Below are positions 1 to 8,154 of a DNA stretch of 64,000 bases, piece by piece. Location of the stretch: IMG/VR virus record IMGVR_UViG_3300008952_000005, positions 113,461-177,460 of that record; one strand, given 5' to 3'. The DNA is from a virus. The first letter of the stretch is position 1. Each line of letters starts with the position of its first letter. The position numbers were made by a program, and so were the translations under genes. The notes under the pieces are model-generated. The model was not told the DNA's origin and searched no databases. It worked only from the letters and a program-made list of their open reading frames with translations.

Positions 1-314
1 GGTTTAAAGTCAAATTTCGGCTGGGGCGTGGATGGTGCCGATCCCTTGTATCTCTCTAATAAGTATTCTCCGTATTTTTTTGGATCCAAGAATTTAATGA
101 AATTTGCTAAATTCTGACCCATACCACAATTGTGGCATTTGAAGAACATATCATTTTTTACTCTATAAAGATATGCCCTTGCTTTTGTTTTACTCTTCTG
201 CGAGTCTCCACAATGTGGACACCTAAAATTGAAAAGATAATCTGTCTTCTTTTTAAACTGGCTTAATGCTGAAGAAATAGCATTAATATACTTTAAATCT
301 ATATAACTTGACAT
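1..314 (-). CDS. gp61: DNA primase, T4 gp61-like (N-terminal part; runs off the window start)
   Basis: Hand translation from ATG at 314: MSSYIDLKYINAISSALSQFKKKTDYLFNFRCPHCGDSQKSKTKARAY...FFKCHNCG, the zinc-binding N-terminus typical of T4-like primases. Confidence 0.93.
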   Translation of the reverse strand, partial: MSSYIDLKYINAISSALSQFKKKTDYLFNFRCPHCGDSQKSKTKARAYLYRVKNDMFFKCHNCGMGQNLANFIKFLDPKKYGEYLLERYKGSAPSTPQPKFDFK

Positions 315-327
315 AACACTATCTCAT

Positions 328-356
328 AATATACACCATATCACAAAAAAAGTCAA
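328..356 (-). promoter_or_regulatory. Sigma70-like early/middle promoter for primase
   Basis: TTGACT-17 nt-TATATT on the minus strand. Confidence 0.8.
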
Positions 357-429
357 GTCTGTACACGAAAACCTGGTGACAAAAAAATACCCAGGCTATT
401 TTCCTCGGGTAAAAGGTAAGAGTTTTTTA

Positions 430-858
430 CTAGCTCAGCATATTCAAAATTTGCTCAAAATTACCTGCTACTATCCATCCTATTACTATAGCAGCACCTA
501 ATATAATCCATCTATATTTTTCTAATACACCAACTCTAACACCAATAGCATTATAAACTGTTTTAATCTCTAGTAATAAACGTCTTTCAGTTTGTTCTAT
601 TTCTCTAGTTAAATCTCTACGTATATTGTCTATTTCACCTGCACGTTCTTTTAACTTCTCAAATATAACTTCATCAATTTGTTCTTGTCTATTGATTTTT
701 TCTGAATGGACTGCCAACATAGACTTAATAGATGTTGATACATCTGTTAATTTGTCTATTGCTGTGTCTAAACGGTTGTGAATTCTATCAAATTCTTCAA
801 CGTCTTTTTTGAGTTTAGCAATATCTACTTTTGTTTTAATTCCGTTATTTTCGTCCAT
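430..858 (-). CDS. Coiled-coil protein with one C-terminal TM helix (holin-like topology), hypothetical
   Basis: Heptad-rich body, then hydrophobic WIILGAAIVIGWIVA. Confidence 0.6.
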   Translation of the reverse strand: MDENNGIKTKVDIAKLKKDVEEFDRIHNRLDTAIDKLTDVSTSIKSMLAVHSEKINRQEQIDEVIFEKLKERAGEIDNIRRDLTREIEQTERRLLLEIKTVYNAIGVRVGVLEKYRWIILGAAIVIGWIVAGNFEQILNMLS

Positions 859-950
859 TAGAAATCTCTATCTATCCACTTGTAAATACTCCAATTCATA
901 TAGAGTAATAGACCCATTATTAACCAAAAATTAATTGTTCCCCAATCCAT
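858..950 (-). CDS. Small membrane peptide (30 aa), not in ORF track
   Basis: MDWGTINFWLIMGLLLYMNWSIYKWIDRDF; TAATG overlaps at both ends. Confidence 0.6.
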   Translation of the reverse strand: MDWGTINFWLIMGLLLYMNWSIYKWIDRDF

Positions 951-1081
951 TATACGTTTCTCCATTGTGTTGGCAACCACCATTCGGTGTACCAATGTCT
1001 AAATTGTGCTGGGTGTCTACCTATGATAAAGATATACCAGAAACCCTTTATTAATTCTTTTATTGCTGTTAACCTACTCAT
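950..1081 (-). CDS. Small Trp-rich peptide (43 aa), not in ORF track
   Basis: MSRLTAIKELIKGFWYIFIIGRHPAQFRHWYTEWWLPTQWRNV; TAATG overlaps at both ends. Confidence 0.55.
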   Translation of the reverse strand: MSRLTAIKELIKGFWYIFIIGRHPAQFRHWYTEWWLPTQWRNV

Positions 1082-3228
1082 TAATCCGTTTGTATTATAG
1101 TAATATTATTTTGTGTAGAGGAACTCCCTACGTCCACGTGTTGAGCTTCTGAATCTTGTAAAATCTGTATATCTGCTTCTTTACTTGTTTCAGTTTTTAC
1201 ATACGCTCTATGGCTATCATTATATCTATTTATGATTGTGTAGTCACCAGACGTTGAAGCAGTTGCGTTAAAGTCGTTATCTAACGTTGATACTCTTCCT
1301 GTAGAAGTAGTACTTGTTGACACACCACCGCTTGTTGTAGTTAAGGTTTGAGTTACATCTCCAGTAGAATAATTTAATGTTTCACCACTAGCAGTTACTT
1401 GCGTTTCTGAACCACTATTGTCTACCCATTCAGTACCACAACTAGAGTTGGCATTGTCCCAATAGTATCCATAATTTAAACACTCTTCTTTATCATAACT
1501 TGCTAATAATAATTCTAATTCTGCGTCTATATCATAGTCATCTTCGTAACCATATTCATCTTCCCAATTGGTCTCATCTGATTCATTATTGTAATCGTAA
1601 CCTGTATACCACCAATCATATACTGCGTCCCAATATGTATTCCAATCTGACCATTCCCAATCTGTTATGTACGTATTCTTTAAATCTTTCATCTTCCAAG
1701 GTTTAGGTTGATTTTCACACATTTTATAATTAGGATAACTTCCACACCAACCATATAATTTACCCCATATCTTTTTAGATTCTTTAGTCCAACTATCATT
1801 GGTTACTTTTAAAGTCCAGTCATCTTTGTACCACGAATTTAACCAATCAACATAGTCTTGGTTACACCAGTAGTCATCATAGCCATTGTACTCACAATAA
1901 TTTTGTATAGTTAATGTTGGTGGACCGCCTGCCGCTTTGTATTCTGCATTGTTATAATAGTCATCATCTAAAGCAAAATCTTCCCAAGTATATCCTTCAA
2001 CTACATCTGCTTCTGTTTCATCTTTTGTATCTTCAACTACGTTAACCTCTTCTTCTTCAACTGCCCAAGAAGTTAAACCATAATCTTCTAATAATTCATT
2101 ATACTCATCATAGTATGCGTCCCAATCAACTGCGTCCCAATCTACATCATCCCAATTAATAGTATCCCAAGTACAATCTGAACAACCAATGGCGTCAAAG
2201 TATGCTTGATCCATTTCTGCATACATTTTCTTTGCGTCATCCCAATCCATAGTTTGTTCACCTTCGGCATCCCAAACTGAAATCTGATTATCTTCATCTA
2301 TATAACCCCAATCTTTTAAATCTTCTTCCCAGGAATCATAATAAGATGTATCAACTTCTTCTACTTCAACTAATGCTGTTTCTTCTGCTGACTTTGTTTC
2401 AACTATTGCGTCTGTTTCACCAACAGATAAATCTGTAGCGACAATTGTATTACTATCTTCTACTACACTTGCTTCTTCATTAATTAATGCCTCTTCCATT
2501 GCCTGTGCTTCAGATTCTTCTTTAGACATTTCAGTTTTCATATCTACATCACCAAAATGTTTTTGAGATTCATCTTTTATTTCTTCTTCAAATTCATTTA
2601 ACTCAATAATATCTGACTTATTAGTTTCTATTTTTGGAGGTGTTGGTGCTAAATCATTTGATAAAACGGTTACTGAATTGTAAGCGTTAGTTATTGTTTG
2701 AGAACCTGCGTCATTGGATACAGTTACTTGTCCTACTACACCAGAACTATCTGGCAACAAAGTAATAGTTGCTTCACCTGTAGATGTTACCGTTCCTGAA
2801 AAAGCAGTACCTTGTACTGTAATTGTGGCATTACCAGCATTGATATTAACTTCACCACCTAAATTAGATATAGAACCTGATTCATATGTAAATGTACCAA
2901 CATTAACCGATATGTTCATTGCAATTTCTATTGGTACAACAGAAGTATCAAAAGCAAATTCATCAATAGTTAATTCTGTATTTGGTCCCATTGTAAATTT
3001 AGTTTTATCAACATATGATAAAATCATACCACCATCTTCTCCAGTTTGGAGAAAGTCATTCATCTGCAACTCATAACCCATTGAGGTATTTTGAGTTGAA
3101 CCATCTCTTTCGTTCCAAGTCGTACCCATTTGACCTATGACTTCGCCAACTTTTGGACCTGTTATTTGTGAGAAAACACTAGTACAAAAAAGTACCAGAA
3201 AAGATATTAAAAATAAAAACTTCTTCAT
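1081..3228 (-). CDS. Secreted FecR-domain protein with long acidic W/Y/D-rich C-terminal region
   Basis: Signal peptide; FecR-type motifs NDFLQTGEDGGMILSYVDKTKFTMGPNTELTIDEF and NATITVQGTAF; acidic tail ending NNITIIQTD. Confidence 0.8.
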   Translation of the reverse strand: MKKFLFLISFLVLFCTSVFSQITGPKVGEVIGQMGTTWNERDGSTQNTSMGYELQMNDFLQTGEDGGMILSYVDKTKFTMGPNTELTIDEFAFDTSVVPIEIAMNISVNVGTFTYESGSISNLGGEVNINAGNATITVQGTAFSGTVTSTGEATITLLPDSSGVVGQVTVSNDAGSQTITNAYNSVTVLSNDLAPTPPKIETNKSDIIELNEFEEEIKDESQKHFGDVDMKTEMSKEESEAQAMEEALINEEASVVEDSNTIVATDLSVGETDAIVETKSAEETALVEVEEVDTSYYDSWEEDLKDWGYIDEDNQISVWDAEGEQTMDWDDAKKMYAEMDQAYFDAIGCSDCTWDTINWDDVDWDAVDWDAYYDEYNELLEDYGLTSWAVEEEEVNVVEDTKDETEADVVEGYTWEDFALDDDYYNNAEYKAAGGPPTLTIQNYCEYNGYDDYWCNQDYVDWLNSWYKDDWTLKVTNDSWTKESKKIWGKLYGWCGSYPNYKMCENQPKPWKMKDLKNTYITDWEWSDWNTYWDAVYDWWYTGYDYNNESDETNWEDEYGYEDDYDIDAELELLLASYDKEECLNYGYYWDNANSSCGTEWVDNSGSETQVTASGETLNYSTGDVTQTLTTTSGGVSTSTTSTGRVSTLDNDFNATASTSGDYTIINRYNDSHRAYVKTETSKEADIQILQDSEAQHVDVGSSSTQNNITIIQTD

Positions 3229-3596
3229 TTCTTAAACACCTCATCTAAATCATTATAAAACGATTCTTTATCTGCATACCCTATTATTCTTACCAATTCT
3301 TTTCTACCATTCCATACAATAAATGTTGGTGTTCCTCTAATAGGTTTAATTCTTCCTTCAGCATATGCCTCTTTAAACCATTTAGGTTGATTATATAAAT
3401 TAATAATAACTAAAGGTAAATCTTCATACTCATAGTCAACTCCTACCTCTTGTAAAAAGTTTTGACATATACCACACATAGGATTGTGTGCCATTAATAA
3501 TTCATTTGCTTTCGCTGATGATATGCCTAATACTAATAATACAGTAACACAAATTATTATTGCCCATTTTTCCCAAGGGTTGTGAAATAGTTTCAT
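3225..3596 (-). CDS. Exported thioredoxin-like protein (SoxS-like)
   Basis: Signal/TM segment, CGIC CxxC motif, GTPTF cis-Pro loop, RIIGY. Confidence 0.8.
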   Translation of the reverse strand: MKLFHNPWEKWAIIICVTVLLVLGISSAKANELLMAHNPMCGICQNFLQEVGVDYEYEDLPLVIINLYNQPKWFKEAYAEGRIKPIRGTPTFIVWNGRKELVRIIGYADKESFYNDLDEVFKK

Positions 3597-3724
3597 TTAA
3601 ATTTCTTCTTCTTTTCTTTTCTTTTCCATTTTTCTGGATAGTAATTGTGGATTAGTGTACAGATTATGCCACCCGATAAACATATTGTACCAAATATTAA
3701 AAAGAAAGCAAAAAAACCTTTCAT
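3593..3724 (-). CDS. Small membrane protein (43 aa), not in ORF track
   Basis: MKGFFAFFLIFGTICLSGGIICTLIHNYYPEKWKRKEKKKKFK; ATGA overlap with the thioredoxin gene. Confidence 0.6.
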   Translation of the reverse strand: MKGFFAFFLIFGTICLSGGIICTLIHNYYPEKWKRKEKKKKFK

Positions 3725-4816
3725 TTAACACCCATTAGATACTGTTGCTGTTACGTCTGCTGTTTGATTGTTTCTGTTATAAGAATAAGTACAAGTATAT
3801 GATCCAGTTTGAGCAAAGTTTAATGTGTAATCGTAAATTGAATCACCTGTTATAGTAACCTTACCAGTATTACCACCACCTGTTTGAGCAAAATTTATTA
3901 CTGTATCATCTGTATAAAGGAAAATTCTAGCAGTATTATTACCGCCTGCCATATGTAATCTAATTGTATTACTATCGCCATTTATTATCGTTCTTAACCA
4001 ATTGTTATCGCCAGATATTATAGCTGAGTCTCCATATGGGTCTGTATCAGCACTAGTATAACTAGAGTGAATATCTAAAAGATTTGAACTGCCTATAAAA
4101 TCGTGTAGTTGATAGTTACCTGTACCATATGATGAAGTGTGTATTACATTTGAATTTCCTACTATGTAAATATCTGCACTTGCACCTTCACTACCTGAAC
4201 TGTCTGCAAAATAACCGTGTGAAGAAGTTAGTGGACCAATTGCTTTGTTAGAGTTTGTATTAAATCCTACTGAATCAGTTGTACTATACCACTCTACAGT
4301 ATTACTATCACCGTTCATAAGAACATATAAGAAGTGATTATCACCTCTATTCTGAACCCAAAATGTATTTGAGTCACCAACAATATCTAAATCAACATTG
4401 AAATTTGCTGAATCATCTGTCCAAGTATCATAGTCTACTACATTTGAATTACCTGTAATAGTATGACCTAAATAATGACCTGTAGCATCCGTATCATCTA
4501 TACCTAATCTTAATTTATTAGAATTACCAGTTGCTGTATATAATAAAGTCATATCCTCACCATAAAAGTGTTGGTGACCAGAATAATCTGATACATTATT
4601 ATTACCTATCTGATTTATAATGATTGTAATGTTCTCTCCATTGACTTTAAATGGATATGTTGTTGAATAACCAACAGTATTACCTGTTCCATCTTGTTTT
4701 ATAAAGATAGAACCATCGCTGTCTTGATTGTCTTGTTGAATCCAAACTGAATTACCTGCTAGGCAATTACTCGTTAATGCTATTAGAGTCAACAGAATCA
4801 TTATCATTTTTTTCAT
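3725..4816 (-). CDS. Curlin-like secreted beta-solenoid repeat protein (CsgA/CsgB-like)
   Basis: Signal peptide followed by about 12 imperfect repeats of hydrophobic-x-G-[ND]-[SN]-N (KQDGTGN, NQIGNNN, TATGNSN, TITGNSN, DIVGDSN, LMNGDSN, YIVGNSN, IINGDSN, AQTGGGN); directly downstream of csgG. Confidence 0.7.
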   Translation of the reverse strand: MKKMIMILLTLIALTSNCLAGNSVWIQQDNQDSDGSIFIKQDGTGNTVGYSTTYPFKVNGENITIIINQIGNNNVSDYSGHQHFYGEDMTLLYTATGNSNKLRLGIDDTDATGHYLGHTITGNSNVVDYDTWTDDSANFNVDLDIVGDSNTFWVQNRGDNHFLYVLMNGDSNTVEWYSTTDSVGFNTNSNKAIGPLTSSHGYFADSSGSEGASADIYIVGNSNVIHTSSYGTGNYQLHDFIGSSNLLDIHSSYTSADTDPYGDSAIISGDNNWLRTIINGDSNTIRLHMAGGNNTARIFLYTDDTVINFAQTGGGNTGKVTITGDSIYDYTLNFAQTGSYTCTYSYNRNNQTADVTATVSNGC

Positions 4817-5897
4817 CTACTTCCTCCCAGGCTTTCTCGTCTTCTATTTTTTCTTTTATCTTGTTTTTGTTTTCTTCTTTTTGAATTTCTTTTGTTTTAA
4901 GTGCTTCTAAATGTGCTAAATGTGCTTGATATTCGTCCCAAGTTTTAAACTTTGTTTTATTGGCTTTGTTATAATTTTTTACTTCAAGTTTTTGTGCTTT
5001 CTTTAATTCTTTTTTAGCTTTCTTTTCTTTCTTAAAATCTTCGTATGTTTTCTCTGGTTTTGCTTCGCCAATATCAACTGTTATTTCATCTGCTACTACT
5101 TTTAAATCTTCTGTTGGTACTATTTCCACTAGTTCAAATTCCCATAGTCCTTTTTCTGCACCTTCATTAATTAATTCTACTACACCTTTTTCTATTGCTT
5201 TTCTTACTGCATAAGTTACAGGTTCATTTCTTGCCACACCTGCTTCAATCTCTACTAACATTGTATCAGTATCTAAATATTTAAATATATCGCTGCCAGT
5301 TTCACCTGATATTATAGTCTTCTCAACAGTAAGTGATACCACTACTTCACCTGTTTGTACATTAACAAGTCTTAATATAATTGTAACTACATCTTGTCGC
5401 CATTGTTTATGTGCTTGTATACCTAAAATTCTTGCACCAAAACCACCTGTCTTTACATCACTATCATAACCTACTATACCACCTGTTATATATGCACCTG
5501 CAAATAACAATGGTGGTAATGGTTCTGCACCTTCTCCATTAACTTGTTGTCTTGTAGAACGGATTAATTTTCTTTCTTGTAATAAACTTGGCAAACTTGC
5601 TCGTTCTACTATTCTAAACCATTTGCCATCACCTGCGTCTTGTAATGCTTTAATTAATAACTGATATGATCCTTGAGTTACTGCTGTACTCATAGACGCA
5701 AAGTTACCACCAGGTTTCTTTTGTCCTGTCATATCTAAAAAATCATATACTGCAATGATAATAGGATCGCCTTTAGGTAATTTCACTTCCGTTAATTCTT
5801 TATACAGAACAGGTTGAGACCTAACATCAAAGTCAGGTTTACCAGCACAACTAACTAACAATAATGTTAGTAATAATATAACTATACTTCTAAACAT
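4767..5897 (-). CDS. csgG: Curli secretion channel lipoprotein CsgG, with charged C-terminal extension
   Basis: Start at MFRSIVILLLTLLLVSC (lipobox; TAATG-coupled to csgF, so the ORF-track start at 6002 is overextended); IAVYDFLDMTGQKKP, STAVTQG, WFRIVER..L..LLQERKLIR, GGIVGYD, D.VTI.LRLVNVQTGEV. Confidence 0.93.
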   Translation of the reverse strand: MFRSIVILLLTLLLVSCAGKPDFDVRSQPVLYKELTEVKLPKGDPIIIAVYDFLDMTGQKKPGGNFASMSTAVTQGSYQLLIKALQDAGDGKWFRIVERASLPSLLQERKLIRSTRQQVNGEGAEPLPPLLFAGAYITGGIVGYDSDVKTGGFGARILGIQAHKQWRQDVVTIILRLVNVQTGEVVVSLTVEKTIISGETGSDIFKYLDTDTMLVEIEAGVARNEPVTYAVRKAIEKGVVELINEGAEKGLWEFELVEIVPTEDLKVVADEITVDIGEAKPEKTYEDFKKEKKAKKELKKAQKLEVKNYNKANKTKFKTWDEYQAHLAHLEALKTKEIQKEENKNKIKEKIEDEKAWEEVDEKNDNDSVDSNSINE

Positions 5898-6361
5898 TAT
5901 GAGTTGTCTTCTTTCGGCATTGTAAATGTTGTTACAGTTCCGTCGGTCTCCGTGACAGTTACGCTTACAGTATCGTTTGCTCCTGTAGTTGTTGTTGCCC
6001 AAGTTACTACTTCACCACCAACTGGTGATGTAAATGTACCAGAGTCTTGTTGTAGACCATCTGTACCAAAAACATTATCTGTAAGTTGTTTAGCAAGTGC
6101 TGTATAAAATCTTGATTCAACATTTGCTTTAAATTTTGCTATTGCTGTTGCCTTGGCGTCTGCTATTACTTTATCTGCCGCCGCTTTATTCGCTGCCTTT
6201 ATAGCATCCTTCCTAGTCTTCTCAATATTCTCTATCGTTAGATAATGTGAAGATTTACCTTGACCTGAAAATGATGGACTATGAAATTTAAAACTTAATT
6301 CACTTGCATAGGCACTAGGAACTAACAATAATACTGTTAAAATAATGGTTATTAATCGCAT
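5897..6361 (-). CDS. csgF: Curli assembly protein CsgF
   Basis: Signal peptide then SELSFKFHSPSFSG (matches the CsgF N-terminal motif), F..N.ESR.Y..LA.QL...FG, and C-terminal beta strands. Confidence 0.85.
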   Translation of the reverse strand: MRLITIILTVLLLVPSAYASELSFKFHSPSFSGQGKSSHYLTIENIEKTRKDAIKAANKAAADKVIADAKATAIAKFKANVESRFYTALAKQLTDNVFGTDGLQQDSGTFTSPVGGEVVTWATTTTGANDTVSVTVTETDGTVTTFTMPKEDNS

Positions 6362-6384
6362 TTTCCTTCTCTCTTTGATGTATA

Positions 6385-6392
6385 TATTTATA
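6385..6392 (-). promoter_or_regulatory. T4-type late promoter for the csgF operon
   Basis: TATAAATA on the minus strand, 24 nt upstream of the csgF ATG. Confidence 0.8.
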
Positions 6393-6400
6393 AGATATCT

Positions 6401-6414
6401 GTACTAAATAGTAC
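6401..6414 (+). promoter_or_regulatory. Late-promoter variant (CTAAATA) inside a palindrome, upstream of the cyclase
   Basis: GTACTA-AA-TAGTAC containing TAAATA, a few nt before the ATG at 6417. Confidence 0.5.
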
Positions 6415-6416
6415 GT

Positions 6417-8072
6417 ATGATTAAAATATTGACGAAAACGTGGGCAGTATATTTGACGTTGATTATATTACTTGGAATATATATATCAAATCCTATCTTG
6501 CTACAAACAGCAAAACTAAACACCTTTGATTTTTACCAAACCTTTGGTAAGAATTATGAATCCAAAAGTTTAGTACTAGTAGACATATCAGACAAAGCAT
6601 TAAAAAAGAATGGGCAATGGCCGTGGAAAAGAGATTTACTTGGTCGTGTCATAATCAATGCGTATAAAAATGGTGCCGCTCTTGTAGTTTTACAAGTAGT
6701 CTTCCCACATAAAGATAGATTAGGTGGTGATGAAATGTTTTTGAAAATGATACAAAAATATCCAGTCATACTTACTGAAACGGATGATGTAAAAAATCTA
6801 CAAAGTATCTCACGTAAAGCATTAGCAATAGGTAACGTAAGTGTGCCAGTTGATATAGATGGCACTATAAGAAAACTACCTCTTGATAAATCCATACCTG
6901 ATGTTATCTTAAAAGTTATCAATGCAAAAACTTTAGCAGAAGATACTATCTGGATTGATTTCAGACATCATATTCCTAGAATAGATTTTACTGATAAAGA
7001 TTGGTCGTCTGTAAAAGGTAAAATAGTTTTCATAGGTACAACATTCCAAGGTTCAACATTTGTTACTACTCCTAATGGATTAAAAAACACACACGAAATT
7101 ATGGCAATCAGTACAGAAACTTTATTGTCAGGTAATTTTATTAGTAGACCTTATTGGTTACCATATAGTGAATTTGCTTTTATACTATTAGGTGCTCTAT
7201 TTTTTCTCATAGTTATACCTAGATGTGGTGTAATGTGGTCTGCGATATGGTTTGGTGGATACTTATTTGATTTAACACTTGCAAGTTCTTATCTATGGAC
7301 GCAACACTTAATCATAACTGATTGGTTCAGTCCACTTGTAATAGGGTCTGTAATATGGGGTCAGTTAACATACAATAACTATTCAAAAGAAAATAAATTA
7401 AGACTACAAATTAAGAAACAATTTGAACACTATCTATCTCCAGATATGGTTAAAAAACTACAAAAGAATCCATCACTATTAAAACTAGGTGGTGAAAGAA
7501 AAAAAATGACGTTTTTGTTTTCAGACATACGTGGCTTTACTCCTATATCGGAATCTATGAAAGGTAATCCAGAAAAACTTACCAAGTATGTTAATAAGTT
7601 CTTGACTGTAATGACTGATATAATATTAAAAAATGGTGGAACTATTGATAAGTATATGGGTGATTGTATAATGGCATTTTGGAACGCACCCCTAGACAAT
7701 CCAAATCATCAAAGATTAGCAGTATTATCTGCATCCCAAATGAAAAAAACAGTTGAAGAAATGAATAAGAGTAGAGAGTTTGACCCACCTTTAAAGATTG
7801 GTATAGGTATCAATACTGGTGAGTGTCTTGTAGGTAATATGGGGTCTGAACAACGTTTTGATTATTCTGTTATTGGTGACGCTGTTAATTTGGCAAGTAG
7901 ATTGGAAGGTAAAAGTAAAGATTTTGATACTACAATAGTAATATCTCAACATACTGCTGAAGGTATTGACTTTGTTCCATTGGCAAGACCAGATGGATTT
8001 AAATTCTATAAACTAGGTATCTCTACTGTAAAAGGTAAAAAAGAAAAGGTTAATTGTTTTTCTATTAAATAA
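6417..8072 (+). CDS. CHASE2-domain class III adenylate cyclase (membrane-bound)
   Basis: N-terminal TM; CHASE2 motifs LVLVDISDKAL...GQWPWKRD and DIDGTIR; 3 TM helices; catalytic domain FSDIRGFT, IDKYMGD, GIGINTG, RFDYSVIGDAVNLASRLE. Confidence 0.92.
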   Translation: MIKILTKTWAVYLTLIILLGIYISNPILLQTAKLNTFDFYQTFGKNYESKSLVLVDISDKALKKNGQWPWKRDLLGRVIINAYKNGAALVVLQVVFPHKDRLGGDEMFLKMIQKYPVILTETDDVKNLQSISRKALAIGNVSVPVDIDGTIRKLPLDKSIPDVILKVINAKTLAEDTIWIDFRHHIPRIDFTDKDWSSVKGKIVFIGTTFQGSTFVTTPNGLKNTHEIMAISTETLLSGNFISRPYWLPYSEFAFILLGALFFLIVIPRCGVMWSAIWFGGYLFDLTLASSYLWTQHLIITDWFSPLVIGSVIWGQLTYNNYSKENKLRLQIKKQFEHYLSPDMVKKLQKNPSLLKLGGERKKMTFLFSDIRGFTPISESMKGNPEKLTKYVNKFLTVMTDIILKNGGTIDKYMGDCIMAFWNAPLDNPNHQRLAVLSASQMKKTVEEMNKSREFDPPLKIGIGINTGECLVGNMGSEQRFDYSVIGDAVNLASRLEGKSKDFDTTIVISQHTAEGIDFVPLARPDGFKFYKLGISTVKGKKEKVNCFSIK

Positions 8073-8154
8073 ATGCTATTATTAAATAGCAACTTAACCC
8101 TATAACTATTCCCAATACTGCAACAACACCTGCTAAGGTATATATTGTCTTCAT
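8065..8154 (-). CDS. Small TM peptide (29 aa), not in ORF track
   Basis: MKTIYTLAGVVAVLGIVIGLSCYLIIAFI; ATGA overlap with the upstream ORF. Confidence 0.5.
   Translation of the reverse strand: MKTIYTLAGVVAVLGIVIGLSCYLIIAFI

Noticed and set aside
1500-3076. Plus-strand ORFs 1500..1706 and 2714..3076, and the many similar antisense ORFs across the window (e.g. 9062, 10871, 14377, 15875, 19871, 31977, 39184, 42759, 58424)
   Set aside because: They lie fully opposite well-supported genes, have no motifs or SD, and have the Ser/Leu/Phe-rich composition expected of shadow frames
5898-6002. N-terminal 35 aa of the ORF-track CsgG
   Set aside because: Overlaps csgF out of frame; the lipoprotein signal begins at 5897 with TAATG coupling
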